This document shows positions 51,801-63,933 of a stretch of DNA of 64,000 nucleotides, in pieces. Position 1 is the stretch's first letter, and each line of letters starts with the position of its first letter. Under the pieces are notes generated by a model. The model saw only the letters and a list, made by a program, of their open reading frames with translations. It was not told where the DNA came from and ran no database searches. Origin of the DNA: Ophelia neglecta. Taxonomy: Eukaryota. Made by a program: the position numbers and the translations under genes. The DNA lies in assembly GCA_965285935.1 (NCBI GenBank), contig OZ260665.1, positions 18,166,001-18,230,000 on the forward strand, in the 5' to 3' direction.

Positions 51801-54800
51801 GAAATGTACAAGATTTAACCTCATGACCCTCTCTGTTAAAACAGACGATGACCTCTAACCTTTGGCTCCTTGGCCGTTGACTTTTTCACCCCCTTCACCG
51901 TCCAGTCTAGGTCCCACAGCCACACGTCATTTTTGTACCTAGAATCACAAAACAGATCACAGTGATAAAGGTAACTAAATATTAAGAATTACACAATATT
52001 TAAGAAAGAGTATATAGAAGAACTAGAATTACATGTACTTACTGGAATATGGACATAATATCCAAACATTCCATAGACTTTAACACAGTATGAGCATGCT
52101 TATCAAGTGACAACAGTGATTCATTCACACATTTTTAGGAATGAGTCCAAGGACTAAAATGTGACTCCTAAAAGAAATTTAAGTCCTAATCATATCCTTA
52201 AACTATCTTCTTTAATTTAGTGAGTCACGGGACTCGCCTGTGTGTGAAGTCGAGTCCTTTTAAAATATTGGTCAAAGGACTCAGGACTTGGGGGTAAATA
52301 CATCACTGGGAGACAGTACAGATTTGAAACATTAATATTCTACTAAATCTTTCCAATACATTACATATATTATAAATGTAGAAACAAAAATATGATACTT
52401 TCTGAGTTATGTAGGTGTTTCTATTTTTAAACCTGATGAAACATGACCTTGTTGTATAAATAATGTGACATGGTGATCTATTGTGGTTTATAAGAGTGAC
52501 AGAGAAATGTCTAAAATAAAGATATAATATATATACAGTGACGGGGTATTTATTCAGGCAACCCATTTACAGCATCTATTTTTAACACTTTGTTTAGGCT
52601 TGGCAAATGAAAACTAACACAGGATGGGGTTTGGGGCAGATGGCCAAAAGCAAACATTAAATGTTGAAAATGCTGAGATCAAGATATATTGAAAAGTGGA
52701 ATAGGGTTAACAAAAAATGTACCTACAGTGAGAGACGGTAACAAAAAATCAGTCAATTCTCCTCTGCCTCGCCCCCCCCCCCCTTAGCTTTATTTGTGCA
52801 ATGAATCTTACGTTTCTTGTTCCGTCTGTTGACATGCCTGATTGGCCAGGTTCTGTAGTAGTAGTGATATTTCTCCAGCAAGATTTGCGTAGGTGGTCTG
52901 GGCCTTGTGCAGGTACCTTGGCCAGTTGTTGTTCAGAGGCAGGTAGGTGGTCCCCATCTCCAACATCCCAGCTAAAGTCACTGGGTGAGGCATTCTGGGA
53001 GAAACAAGACAATATTTACCAGGTGAGAGGCGAGACATTCTGGGTGAAAACAAGTAGAAATTCACCAGAGGGACTCTGGGAGAAAGCAACAAATAAAGCA
53101 AGTCACTAGGAATATAATCTTGTGGGAGAGAACTCAGAGAAGTCACCCGAAGAGAAATTGATTGATTTGATTGATTTTTGTTATGTAAAAATCACAATAC
53201 AGTATAAACTATAAAAACAAGAGGAAAATAGCAATAGCAAAATAGCAATATATAACTGGCATAAAGGGAAACCTCAATACACCCACATTACATGACAGGA
53301 TAGCAACTAAAGGCTTATAAAGTCTTATTTCCAAGGTGGTCCTTCAAAATATTGGCAAAAATTCTGGGAGAAAATAAGAAGGCAGTCCCCAAGTGCTAAA
53401 CATCTGCCTTTCAACCTTTAAACCCTTCTCTTCCTAGGTCATCCTTGAGTTGTACTATATCCCTAGTGCTGCAGAATCCCAGAAAGAAACCCGGTCAAGG
53501 TTAAGAATGTATGTGTTACAAAATGGAGTATACTGCAGTTATTTAACTTGGGCTTGCTCAGAGCAAATTTGCAAATAGGTCATTTTAAGGTCACAAACTG
53601 CTAAATAATTTCTCTGCAATAAGAAATGCGAGACGTAGCATAATAGCATTTCTTAATGCAATAAATATGAACCAATCTTACAAAGACAAATTTATTTATT
53701 TATTTATAATGATCTTCAGTCATAGACTCCACCAATTAATTTCATAATGAGTTTTTGTGGCTGTCTCAGCAAAATAAAATATTTGAAAATGAGTCCACTA
53801 CAATTATATAGTTGTTTAACACTATTCATCTCCAGCAGTTAATTAATTATGATTCTTTCATTAATGAGGGATGTAATAAACAAACTTTTGATTGAAAGGC
53901 AGCACTTATTTATTAGCAATGTATGTCTCTTTTGCCTTACTTAATATCAGACATACCTCTGTAAGAATAGCGGCCAGAGTACGCTGAACACTTCATGTGT
54001 GGCACTTACATCATTGGCACAGTACGTCATCAGCTCCTGTGTACACAAAAAAAAAACAAAAAAAACAAATAACACACTAAATACTCAATCAATTATTAAG
54101 TATACCTAGTACAATTAGTAACTGTGATTGTGATCTTTATATACAACTTGATGTGTTTTGTCTCCAAAACAAGTTTAATGTTAACCATTGGTAGACACAC
54201 ATATTACTTGTAGTATAAGACCATATACTACTTGTAATACAAAACCATATACTACTGGTGGTAAAATATCACATACTACTTGTGGTACAAGACCACATAC
54301 TACTTTCATACAAGCTTGTTTAGAAGGTGTTTAACCTGAAAGTTTTTCCTGACATCTGCCATGGTGCCCTTGACAAAGATGTTCCGTGGATCCTTGTCCA
54401 GTCGGGATGTGGCCTTGCAGTACAGCTTGTGTACATCAGCCAGGTTGTTTAGACTGCCCTCATGTGTCCATTGGAAACTCTACAAAACAAAATGAAACTG
54501 AAACTTTTTACAAACACCAACAAAATGATAAAACACTCCAACTTGGTCAACAACAACCCAAGGAAGACCAGCCATAGTAACACAAAGCTGTTCCTTTAAA
54601 AGTTTTAAAACACCAAATTATTACTGGTTCAGCAGCAATTAAAATCGTATAAAATTAGATTTTAAACATAGCAATCAATAATGATTATATCCATCAATTT
54701 TTTTTAAACTGACTGCTAGTGAGAAACACACTGTGAAATTCACAAGTCATAGACATTTAACATCAACAATATTCCAATCAAATAATAAAAATCAACCACA

Positions 54801-57090
54801 GAAATGTATAATGTTTCTCATGAACAATGGCTGCAAATGTAATGATGGAATTACAAGCAGACAGATTTCTAAACAAACCGGAGAAAATCCTCTGCGCTGG
54901 ATGACCTTTGCATGGTCCTTGACCTCCTTACGCTGACTGCCTTTGGTGTGAGCCATGTACAACATACGTTGGAGGGACGTTAGACCAGATACGCTGATAT
55001 GCATGGACATTGTGTCTAGAAACCGCATCTGAGAACCCTGCAAAATGAAAAAAAACCTTTCAGCAATGATTCTCTGTACAGATTATTGAGCTATGATTGC
55101 ATACAATATATAAGGTAATAAAATTATTTGCCTTAAGTAGTATTACAGGCTGTGTTAAAATTAATGGGTTAAGTACAGTATTTTGTAGTGATATTTCTAG
55201 AATAATTTTAAATCACTTTCTGTTATATTATTTACTTTAGAGAGCAATAAAAACAGAATAACTGCTACATTAAATTCAAAGATAAAATGGGCATAACCTC
55301 ATAATAGTAAAACCATGAAATGGTAATTGGCGTGGGATTCTTTGGACAAGAAAAAACTTAAAATTGACAATATTCATTCAATTTTCTGTATCGGGGAAAG
55401 AGGGGAGAAGGTGTCACTTACCTTAATAAGATACTGCTCCTTAATAAAGGACCTATCAAATCCCACATTGTGACCAACGACTAATTTCGGGCCCCATTCT
55501 CCGGCAGTGGGTAGCTTCTTGTCTCGGGCCGTTTCCATGGGAACCATGTTATCAGGATTACCCCGATAGCCGTCATCAGAACTTATCTTGTATTGGTCGC
55601 TTACCAGCTGATTACTGCACCAGGAGTACCTGAGTATATACAAAAGGAGATTAGTCTGCATACAAATACTGTAATTTCTCAAATTGTTTATACACGCTAT
55701 TGATATAAATGTCAAGGGAATACGCAGAGTATTTGAATATATTTGTCAGAGATTTTCTTTAACAATATTAACCAAATATCATCCATTTGGCCTATTACAG
55801 ATGAATATAATAACTTATTCAACAATTAAAAAGTGACAAATACTCAACCATAAGACTTTTATAACTGTGCTCAAGTCAGTACTTCTATAATTGCAAACCT
55901 GGGGTGATTAATGACAACCACATACATGAATAATAACATGACAAAGAAATAAGCAATCTTTTTTCTAGCTATTTTTAAGCTCAATATATAAATACTGTAG
56001 GTAAAAATGAATGAAATGACAGGACAACATGGTGCATATTTTATCTCGTTAAAAACCCAAAGATTCAAAAAGTCGTTGAAATGTGCACTATGTGACAGGA
56101 TGAAAGTTTTGGACAAGTGAAAAATCAAAGCATGCCACAAGCCTATTTAAAAAAGTGACAGCTGAGTTCCCAGTATAGGCAGAATTTTAGCAATGTGCAA
56201 AACAGCAATGAATTGGTTTAAATAAAAATATCAATTTTAGGTCTTTAGCTAATCTGGCAAAATAACTTAGGGTTAGAGATATTCAAGTCTTAGTCTCAAC
56301 GACCTTGGTCAAGTCTCTGCACCTTTGTGCCTCCGCTTTCAGTCAAAGGCAGTTAAATTTCAGCTTACCATGCATTCTCAGAGACAGCGGTAGCCATCGT
56401 GGGATAGTTGCCTTCGCCAACTACAACTTCCACATCAAACACCATAGCATCAGCATCTGGGCAGTCCACAGCTTTGCACGTCCTCGTTTTGGAATCATAC
56501 TTTGTCCACCCACGTTTAAAGATCCACTGACTAGGCTTTGGAGGAAGTGTTATGTTTGCCAGACTTTCTGCTTGCTCAAAGTACGGCTTTGTCTGCTTTT
56601 TGGCTAAATTATAAAAGTGTTCTTCAATATTTTCTCCATGCAATTTTGGTAGTTGGAATGATATTTCTTCTTCAAGTTTAGTATTTTTTCCCCACAGTTC
56701 GTGCTGTGATAGATGGTTCACTATTTCCAGGAATTTTTCATTGAGTAGGGGCCGAGGCGAACAGTCTTTGAATAGTTGCTGCTGCATACATTTTGCAAGC
56801 ATTTGTATGTTAACAGGATTGAGAGTTGATTCTTGACTATCAGTGGAAACCGAAATAACAGCTTGGAGTTCTGGTTGGTTTTGAATTCCCTCGACGCCTT
56901 TATTAATAACAGGGGATTCATTTTTCAAAGTTGATGACTTCTCTGCTGGTATTTGAAACTTTGCAGACACAACATGAAATCCCCTTTTTCTCAAATAAAA
57001 AGCACAGTTTGCACAAATTCTTAACTGTCTATGTGGCTGTATGCGTTGCAACAATTTCCAGGCATGCATTGCATTCAATTGCAAAGCCAT
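31321..57090 (-). CDS. POLG: Mitochondrial DNA polymerase gamma, catalytic subunit; 23 coding exons, ~1265 aa
   Basis: Exons 57090-56369, 55629-55422, 55037-54879, 54479-54336, 54036-53957, 52994-52812, 51938-51860, 51726-51599, 51259-51090, 50751-50661, 49992-49800, 47759-47670, 46483-46326, 44937-44884, 44376-44259, 43058-42923, 42127-42021, 41506-41361, 35078-34892, 33721-33587, 33237-33121, 32150-32033, 31595-31321 (3798 nt, all GT-AG, phases consistent). ExoI VFDVE, Exo[12 protein letters not shown], Exo[27 protein letters not shown], motif [12 protein letters not shown], motif [17 protein letters not shown], motif [10 protein letters not shown]. Start could alternatively be 57147. Confidence 0.97.
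32345..33143. repeat. ~13 x ~60-bp tandem repeat copying the POLG exon 21 donor junction
   Basis: Unit (+) CCCTACTGACCTGTGGTAGGTTGTTCATG(C/T)CCACAGTACATTATT...; the last copy is the real exon end and donor at 33121. Confidence 0.95.
33750..34010. repeat. Compound (CAT)n microsatellite interspersed with CAACTACAAATTATACAGCCATT units
   Basis: About five alternations visible directly, just upstream (transcript sense) of the exon 20 acceptor at 33721. Confidence 0.9.
34554..34887 (+). mobile_element. tRNA-derived SINE (Meta/MESC-domain-like), copy 1
   Basis: A-box TGGCCGAGTGG and degenerate B-box; central GGACTGGT..CTGGTGTCAGTATAATGTGACTGGGTGG; (CAAA/CAAC)n tail; a second similar copy lies at 45910-46233. 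Family name is recalled, not searched. Confidence 0.85.
35270..35458 (-). repeat. 3' LTR of the Gypsy element
   Basis: 189 bp identical to 40522-40710; preceded by the polypurine tract. Confidence 0.95.
35534..40438 (-). pseudogene. Gypsy gag-pol polyprotein, single reading frame broken by one in-frame TAA
   Basis: ATG 40438 (MAANRAPKQ); zinc knuckle CPLC..H..C; protease LLDCGA; [25 protein letters not shown]; RNase [21 protein letters not shown]; integrase H..H..CHQC and D,D,E (FAADV, IRTDAA, VAERAV). The 1008-aa and 607-aa ORFs are in the same frame across the stop at 37457-37459. Confidence 0.92.
40522..40710 (-). repeat. 5' LTR of the Gypsy element
   Basis: 189 bp identical to 35270-35458; followed directly by the PBS. 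Confidence 0.95.
41575..42060. repeat. Three diverged copies of the POLG exon 17 donor junction
   Basis: (+) GAAAT(G/T)GACTAGCCC...GTAGA...ACCTTGGCCTTATCTCTGGAGATT at ~41587, ~41687, ~41808; the real junction copy is at ~41978-42058. Confidence 0.85.
43037..43490. repeat. ~97-bp tandem copies of the POLG exon 16 acceptor junction
   Basis: (+) CTCACTGCCAACACGGTCTCTCTGAGGAAATACACAAA at 43038 (real), ~43137, ~43234 and ~43350, plus a partial exon copy at ~43472. Confidence 0.9.
45910..46233 (-). mobile_element. tRNA-derived SINE (Meta/MESC-domain-like), copy 2
   Basis: A-box TGGCCGAGCGG and B-box GGTTCGAATCC on the minus strand; collinear with copy 1; flanked by the direct repeat GATAGGCCTT (part of a TSD). 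Confidence 0.88.
47453..47641. mobile_element. MITE-like inverted-repeat element
   Basis: CAGGTACGCCATGCCCTAGGG ... CCCTGGGGCATGGCATACCTG (19/21 complementary), with internal GGCATGCC-type motifs. Confidence 0.6.
47811..48058. mobile_element. MITE with CAGGG termini
   Basis: CAGGGGTCTATACTAACT ... AGTTAGTGTAGATCCCTG; GTGGGT directly repeated on both flanks; TGCCCG/CGGGCA subterminal motifs. Confidence 0.7.
48730..49830. repeat. ~1.1-kb minisatellite (~37-50-bp units, roughly 20 copies) copying the POLG exon 11 donor junction
   Basis: Unit (+) CTCACCTTAGCCCTCTGT(T/C)TGTCCCCCTCTTGTTTATCC equals (-) GGGGACAAACAGAGGGCTAAG|GTGAG; the real donor is at 49800. Confidence 0.95.
50901..51007. mobile_element. 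Tc1/mariner-pogo type MITE
   Basis: TA|CAGTGAAACCT...AAGACCACCT ... AGGTGGTCTT..AGGTTTCACTG|TA. Confidence 0.8.
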
Positions 57091-57149
57091 ATTATAGTTT
57101 GTTTTGGGCAATTTTAAGTTGCTACACTTGAAGGGGATGCATAACATAT

Positions 57150-57912
57150 AATGTTTTTTCAGAAGTTGGAAAGTGTGTCAATATCCAATCATATGATTTT
57201 TCACTAGAAGCTACAAGACATACTTTTGAGTAATGTCCTTTCTGTTGCATTTTTTCACAAGTAAAAACACAATGCCCGCCTTGAATTTATGGTTTGTTTT
57301 TAGCAAATATTTCCTTCCACACAATTTTTCCTTGTAAAAGTTTCGTGGTATATTAACTGGCATTTAAATAATTGTCTGTTTTCAGGTTATTGAATGTTAC
57401 ATCATGTTAAGAACTGTCTTGCCCAATATCTGAACTGATGAAAATCCCAAGGGCGGCAAATGGGAAGGATGTAAACAGTAAACAATTGTTCCATTTATGG
57501 CGGTTTTCTACCACAAACTTTATTGAAGCGTCCTCAAATAGGAATGTTTGTACCATCTAAACACTACTGATTTGAAACAACAACAATGTAAGCACTGTCA
57601 GCCAGGGAAAAATGCTATTTCAGCAATGACATCTATTCATCTCTGTTTTTTTCCTGCCCACATGGCTTCCAAAACAAACATGGTGCCCTCCTTGGCGAAC
57701 TCTCGCGGTAGATCTCGTGTTTTCTCGCACTTAAATACAACTAAAAATAAGAATAAACACTACGTATTCATGAAATTGTTGTAAAACAGAAAAGCCTATT
57801 TTAAAAATCGTACAGTTACGCAATTCAAGTCAATTTGATTTCGAAAATGAATACATTTGATGACGCCAACATCCGTTTTACCCGGCATACATTACGCTTC
57901 AAAGATCACATC
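57150..57912. promoter_or_regulatory. Putative bidirectional promoter region between POLG and ubiquilin
   Basis: The two start codons diverge ~820 bp apart. TSSs cannot be placed from sequence alone. Confidence 0.6.
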
Positions 57913-60900
57913 ATGGCGGAGTCAAATGCGGATTCGGGAAACAAGATTAAGATTACTGTCAAAACTCCAAAAGAAAAGAGGGAAATAGAAATTGAACCAG
58001 ATGCTAAGATTGATGAGGTATGAATGTATCTTCAGCTCAAATATATAGTCCCAAGACGCAATACTTTCGGAAATACAAGCTTTGTTTTGTCGTGGGAGTC
58101 ACCGGATTTTGGTTATGCCTAATCATTGGCATATATTTTTACTGATTAATTTCTTCACAAGGGCTGCTTATTCAGTTCATCCATTACGTTTAAAACAATG
58201 TCTGCATTTCTTGACTAACAATACTAAAAGCGCATGAAATGTAAAACCCAGCCGGATCCCAGGGTGTGGTAATCGTGATTTGAGGGTCATAGTAATTCCT
58301 AATTCTAAGGTACCCAGTGGCTTGTCAATATTGAAAGGTGAGACTATACAGGTATGAGAGAAACCTCTAGAACCAATCGTCAGCGTTAGTAGTGAATAAT
58401 ATCAGAGTCTGTGGAATCAATGGCCTGCCCCAAGTGGTCAGCCTTTGGCAGATTGAATTTAATTTGACAGCCACTTTCACTTAAATTCTCAACTGGAAGA
58501 AAATGGCACATTTCTAATATTGTACATACAGTTTACTTGATTTGATCTGAATGTCATGATGAGGTACGGTCCTGACTTGATTGTTCAGTTCTTGATCAAC
58601 ATATGTTTGGAGAAAATATGGCTAAGTATGTGATCAATAAGATAAATATGAAACTGAAAGTCTTGTATCTGAATCAGAGGTACATGAACAGTAAGGTAAG
58701 CAGGTTGCTAGGTAATGTCTTAAAACCACCACACCTGGATTATGGTAGTTGTTTTTGTTTCACGAAGTAACTCGAAGATCAATACAAAACTTATGCTTCA
58801 GACTGCACCAAATAAGCAGTAAGATAAATATTTAGTATGGGTGCTAGATCCATGTTGGCTCTGCTCACTTATTAGAACTGAATTGGCTCAATGTTCAAAG
58901 CAGAATAAAATACAATATTGTCTGTCTAATGTTGGAACTCCTGGTGACCTTGTATCTAGCAGTTTCTATATTCAAAGGATATCTGCTTTTTTGAGTTCAA
59001 GGTATTAGTTTGAGCTTCCTGCAAATGTAAACCTGTGATAATTTGCTAACTTTTAAATTAATGTGCAGAGACTTTCACAGCAACTTACTCCAAAGTAATG
59101 AGGATTCTGAATTTGTATTTTACTAGTGGATGGCGGTACAGTAAATACTCTCTAAACGAACTCCTCCATAAACCCAACACCTCTGTTAACTGAACATTTT
59201 TTTCGGTCCTGACTTTTGTCCTATGTGTTTAATGTTAGTTTCCCCCGTAGAAATGAACACCTCTGTTAAGTGAGCATCGAACACTTTTGCCTGTCATAAA
59301 GTGTAGACTGCTACATATAAATGAACCTGTGTTAACCAATCACCAAGGCCCATGGAAACATCATAAATGATGTTCGCCTCAACCCCATTAACTTTGATTG
59401 TATTTGTTACTGTTGGAATCACATTTTTGAGGGGGTTTAATCAGACAATAAGATCCCAGTAGCAGTGAATATCCACTTAGTGAATCCACTTGTTACCAAC
59501 AATTATCAGTCCATTTTCAGCCATTTTAATTGGTAGCAGGAATAACCACTGAACAAACAAGGGCAAGTGGACTTGTTAATGGGACAGACTATTTGGCAGA
59601 GGAGGGGAATTACTGGCTTAGCTCTCATAACTGTTTATACAAAAAACTAATTAGTAATCATTCCCTAGGCCCATTTTGGCATAGGTGTGAGGCACCCTGC
59701 CAAATAGATGTTTACTCTTGATGCTATCTGCCACAGCAAATACATGTATACAGTCTTCTATGGACCCAGACAGATTGTCTTTTAAATCTTACAATATATC
59801 AGGATGTATTATATCTGACTTAGTTGGTCAGCTGTATGCATCAGTTAGAACTAAGTGATTGCAAATGTAGGACTACAAATTAGCGCTGTACAAGGTGTGG
59901 GAAAGCAAAAACTACAGTGACTCTTGACCAGAAATACTCACAGTATAGGGGGTTACAGTTCATTTGAGGGTTGTTTGTTACAGTACCACGAATGTTTTAT
60001 TCAGGAGTGTGATTAATCTAAATGTGACATACAGTGGAATCCCTCAATTAAGGGCACCCGGCGGACTGTACATTTTTGGCCTTAATTTGGGGATGCCCTT
60101 AATTCCGGGATGGCCAATAAAACAGAGATGGGCGGGTTGGGGATGAATTGGGGGGGGGGGGGGGGGGGCATTGGACTGAAGTAAATGGACGCAACTCATT
60201 TTATTCTTTAGGCATCGAGATTGTCTGGTTTTCGTTTGAGGATGTTGGCAGCATGCATCTTTCCTACGCTAAACTCTTGTTCTGCCAACTTTCTCTGACT
60301 GATTTTCATCTTATCGGTTCTATTTATCAGCTCCACTTTCTTCACTAGCGGAAGTTCTGTGCGAGTAAACTTTGATGCCATCTGGCGGTCTCCGTGGCTG
60401 AGTGAATGCTGAGTAATGCATTGACAGTAGCGAGTTGAATCTATCAGCGAATGACGTGAACTACACGTATACAGCAATATCTAAATGCCTGGTCAATTTG
60501 TGCCTGAAATTAAAGCCATCCAGAATGAAACTCCAACTTATCTATGCCTGATCAAAGAAAACAACAAAGCAATGAACCGAAGAGGTGTAACTCCTCCCAT
60601 GTTTAACTCGGTTAATTTTATTGCTTTTTGCGTAGATTACCTCAGCAAAGGGACTCGGAATATCGCAATCGAGAACCAAACTTGGGGATGCTCGGTATTT
60701 GGTGATATAAAGAAACAGATCTCGGCCTTTAATCGCTAATATGCAGGCAAAATATCAAACAAGGTGTGAAAATAAACAAAAGGATGTTATTGTATGTTGT
60801 GTATCAGCTAGATGACAGGATAACGTTGTGTAATGCGTCGCGCCGCTAGGTCCGCCCGCGCGATAAACAAACAAACAGGCACATGGGCGTCCACACAGCG

Positions 60901-63900
60901 GGCAATGACCGTAATATGGAGATAAAATTGGCCCATGGGACCAAAATCAGTGGCCTTAATTCGGAATTCGGGGATGCCCGCATTTCCGAGATGCCCGGCC
61001 CTATATTTCACATGTTAAAATTGACGGGACTAGAATTTTTTGCCCGCAATTTGGAAATGCCCGTATTTCCGAGATGCCCGCAAGGAGGGATTCCACTGTA
61101 TACTAAAAGTCATGAAATAGTGTAACAGAGATGGGAGTCAAATAGTTTACAAAGTATTTAAACACAAACACACATACTTCTGATATTTCAATACAAATAC
61201 TTTCTTGGTAGAAGTATTAAAATACAAATACTTTGAAATGTATTTAGATAAAAATACAAATATTTTCATGAATTAATTAGTGTTTACATTTTGCTTTGAA
61301 ATTTCCTTGGGTTTCTTACTAGGTAGTCAAGTGATGGTCCTGAGATAACTCTTCACTTTATACATGTATGTTGTATTCAAGGCACTATTTGCCTAAAATG
61401 CAATTAGTGACACTAGAGTCACCACAATTTAAATGATAATTATGTCACCCCTTTAGTTTTTTATGAGGAGTGTATGGAGGAAAAAATACAACACTTAAGA
61501 CATGGTGCCTAACTACATGTAATTCCATTTGAGTTGTTTTCAGGTTACTTGAGATAGTTTAAACAATCAAAAGGTTAACACCCTCTAACATTGCCACTGC
61601 CCTGACTGACTATAGGGATCCTATACAGTTGACCAATAGGAAGGCAGGTGTGTTCGGCCCAGGTAGTTAACACTGTCAAATGCAGTTTGCCTGGTTAGAC
61701 AGCTACCTGACTTTAACCTAATTACCCAAATTATTAGTATTTAACATGTATTTAAAAAAGTATTTGAAATTTAAAATTCATCTGGCAAGTATTGAAATAT
61801 AAATAAAAATACATCTTGTTTTAAAATCATCAAATACAAATACTTCAAGATTATATTTAAATACTTTCAAATATAAATACACTTGTATTTGACCCCATCT
61901 CTGAAGTGTAAATATGTTTTACAAATCAAAATTGTTATACATGTATATCTATATAAGTGGATGTTGATAAAATACATCTAAACTTCAAAATGTTGCAGTG
62001 TCAGACATGGGGTAATCGTATTCAGTATTCGCATTCGAATGCATTCAAATACATTCAAATAAAGAAATTGGTGTATTCGAATATGTATTCGAATATACTA
62101 GAGAAATCAGTCTATATATTTGTATTTGTATTTGAATACATTCAAATGAATTCGCATTCATGAATACATCTATTAATACATGTGAAATAAAGCATTCATT
62201 TAAAGAGAACATATCTTATATAAGGTGATGCAGTCCATTAAAATTAAAAAAATTAAGGTTTCTATAATTTCAGCACAAATTGTCCATGAAAATTAAGACT
62301 GACATAAAATTTTAAAAGAGTTGCCATCAATGTTTATTCCTTTTACCATATAAACTAACAAGATACAACTGAATGTTTTTATTTGGACTTCAATTTCGTG
62401 GAATGTCTAGTAGAAAAGTCTAAAACAAATACTTGATAATTTGTCTGATGATTTTCTCACCTTCTGCTATAAACAAACAACACCCCTTACTCTATCAGTA
62501 CTCTTCCTGAATTACTTGAAATGAATAAATCATACACTAGTAGTCTAGTGATATATAATACCTTATATAAACTTATATTCAAATAGCAATGATAGTATTC
62601 ATAAAATTCGATATTTAAGAACATATAAACTGTGTTTAATTCTTTAGAGGGAAAATATATTCCTGGTTAATCCCCATTGTTCCCCACATTGGAGATATTG
62701 CCCTACCCGGGTTTTATTCCTTCAGGTTTACCCACCCGAGTTTTTTCCAGGCAACCCTGCTGTTGACCAGCACTGACAAAAGTGTCCTTATCACTCTCTC
62801 ATGTTAGTTATAAAATCTCAAACCAAAGTCATTTAATATTGTAGGTACGCAAATGGTCTCAAACAAAAGTCACTTGTCGCTCCCCTGACCAAATCTTGCT
62901 TTGAGGAAAAATTATAAATTGTCATAGTTAGGTTCAAAATGGCAGCCTGTCCGCTGGTAAGAGACCAAAAATGCATTAAAATTACTGTCCATGTCCACTT
63001 TTGGGAGTTGTCCACTGCTCCAAGGAAATTGTCCGTATATTGCAGTTGTCTGTCAGTCAGAGGGTCTGTACAGTACAGGATCAACTGTAGACCATACTGC
63101 ACTTAACTCTAGAATGAGACCATGAGGCAACACAGGTCCCATTAATTGGACTTAAAAATTATTTTACACCTTCTTGAGGTGGGGCAATTAATCAAAGATG
63201 CTGTGATTGACCATGTTGTGTGCAATGGTAATACTGTTCATGTGTAAAGAATAAACAATGATTTATGACCAAAGCTTTCATATTATTACCTAATTTAGTG
63301 AAAAGTATTCATGAATGCATTCATGAGAACTTTAAAATGTATACGTATTCATATTCGAATACATTAAAGGCCAGCATTCAACTGAAACCAACCGGCCAAC
63401 AGAAATGGGGAAAGTTTATAAATAACTTGAGACTTGAGCAAAGGTGACAAACCTGAGGCTGATTTGACTTGTAGATTCTATTTGAGTCGTGAGAAACAAC
63501 TTAACTCAATTTACTTGTCCAAAATCGAGGGATTCACACCATATTTCTACTCTAAGTACATGGAGTTGAGGTCCACCATGATAAATGCATAGCTTGCTTG
63601 TATTTTTCGCCTTTCATTTTTTAAAATTAAATGGCAAAACACATTTCCCTGCAAGTCTTTGTTCATTTTATATTCACACTCAAATAAATACACTTATAGC
63701 AATTTTTCTGTTGGGAGTTTAGTAAAAATGTCCAAACTGCGCTTGGAATCTTTAAATAACACTTGTTTTACTACTTACAGCTGAGAGCAAATGTTGCCGA
63801 GAAGTTTGAAGCGACCAAAGAACAGCTTTGTTTGATCTTTGCCGGAAAAATTCTTAAAGACGAGGACACTCTGTCACAACATGGCATCAAAGACGGACTA

Positions 63901-63933
63901 ACCATTCACTTGGTGATTAAATCGGCAAACAAG
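57913..63933 (+). CDS. UBQLN: Ubiquilin (Dsk2/UBQLN family), N-terminal UBL domain; first 2 exons, gene continues beyond the window
   Basis: Exon 1 57913-58017 MAES...[16 protein letters not shown]; exon 2 63781-63933 ...[35 protein letters not shown]; phase 0 GT-AG intron. Confidence 0.93.
59137..59340. mobile_element. Partial Tc1/pogo-type MITE left end
   Basis: TA|CAGTAAA start with repeated AACACCTCTGTTAA subterminal motifs; matching right end not found. Confidence 0.4.
60030..61100 (-). mobile_element. Tigger/pogo-type internally deleted DNA transposon with transposase N-terminal HTH remnant
   Basis: TA|CAGTGGAATCCCTC ... GAGGGATTCCACTG|TA; internal [19 protein letters not shown]...SQRKLAE..FSVGK....NILKRK* resembles the CENP-B/psq HTH of pogo transposases. 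Confidence 0.85.
61126..61903. mobile_element. hAT-like MITE
   Basis: CAGAGATGGG(A)GTCAAATA ... TATTTGACCCCATCTCTG; 8-bp flanks TAGTGTAA / AAGTGTAA (7/8 match); AAATAC/GTATTT subterminal repeats. Confidence 0.75.
62002..63365. mobile_element. Second, decayed hAT-like non-autonomous element (right terminus eroded)
   Basis: CAGACATGGGG start with GTATTC/GAATAC/TTCGAA subterminal clusters at 62015-62180, and again at 63300-63365. Confidence 0.45.

Noticed and set aside
56305-56921. POLGARF-like overlapping ORF in POLG first coding exon
   Set aside because: Only a 66-aa alternative-frame ORF and an antisense ORF are present; no long overlapping frame.
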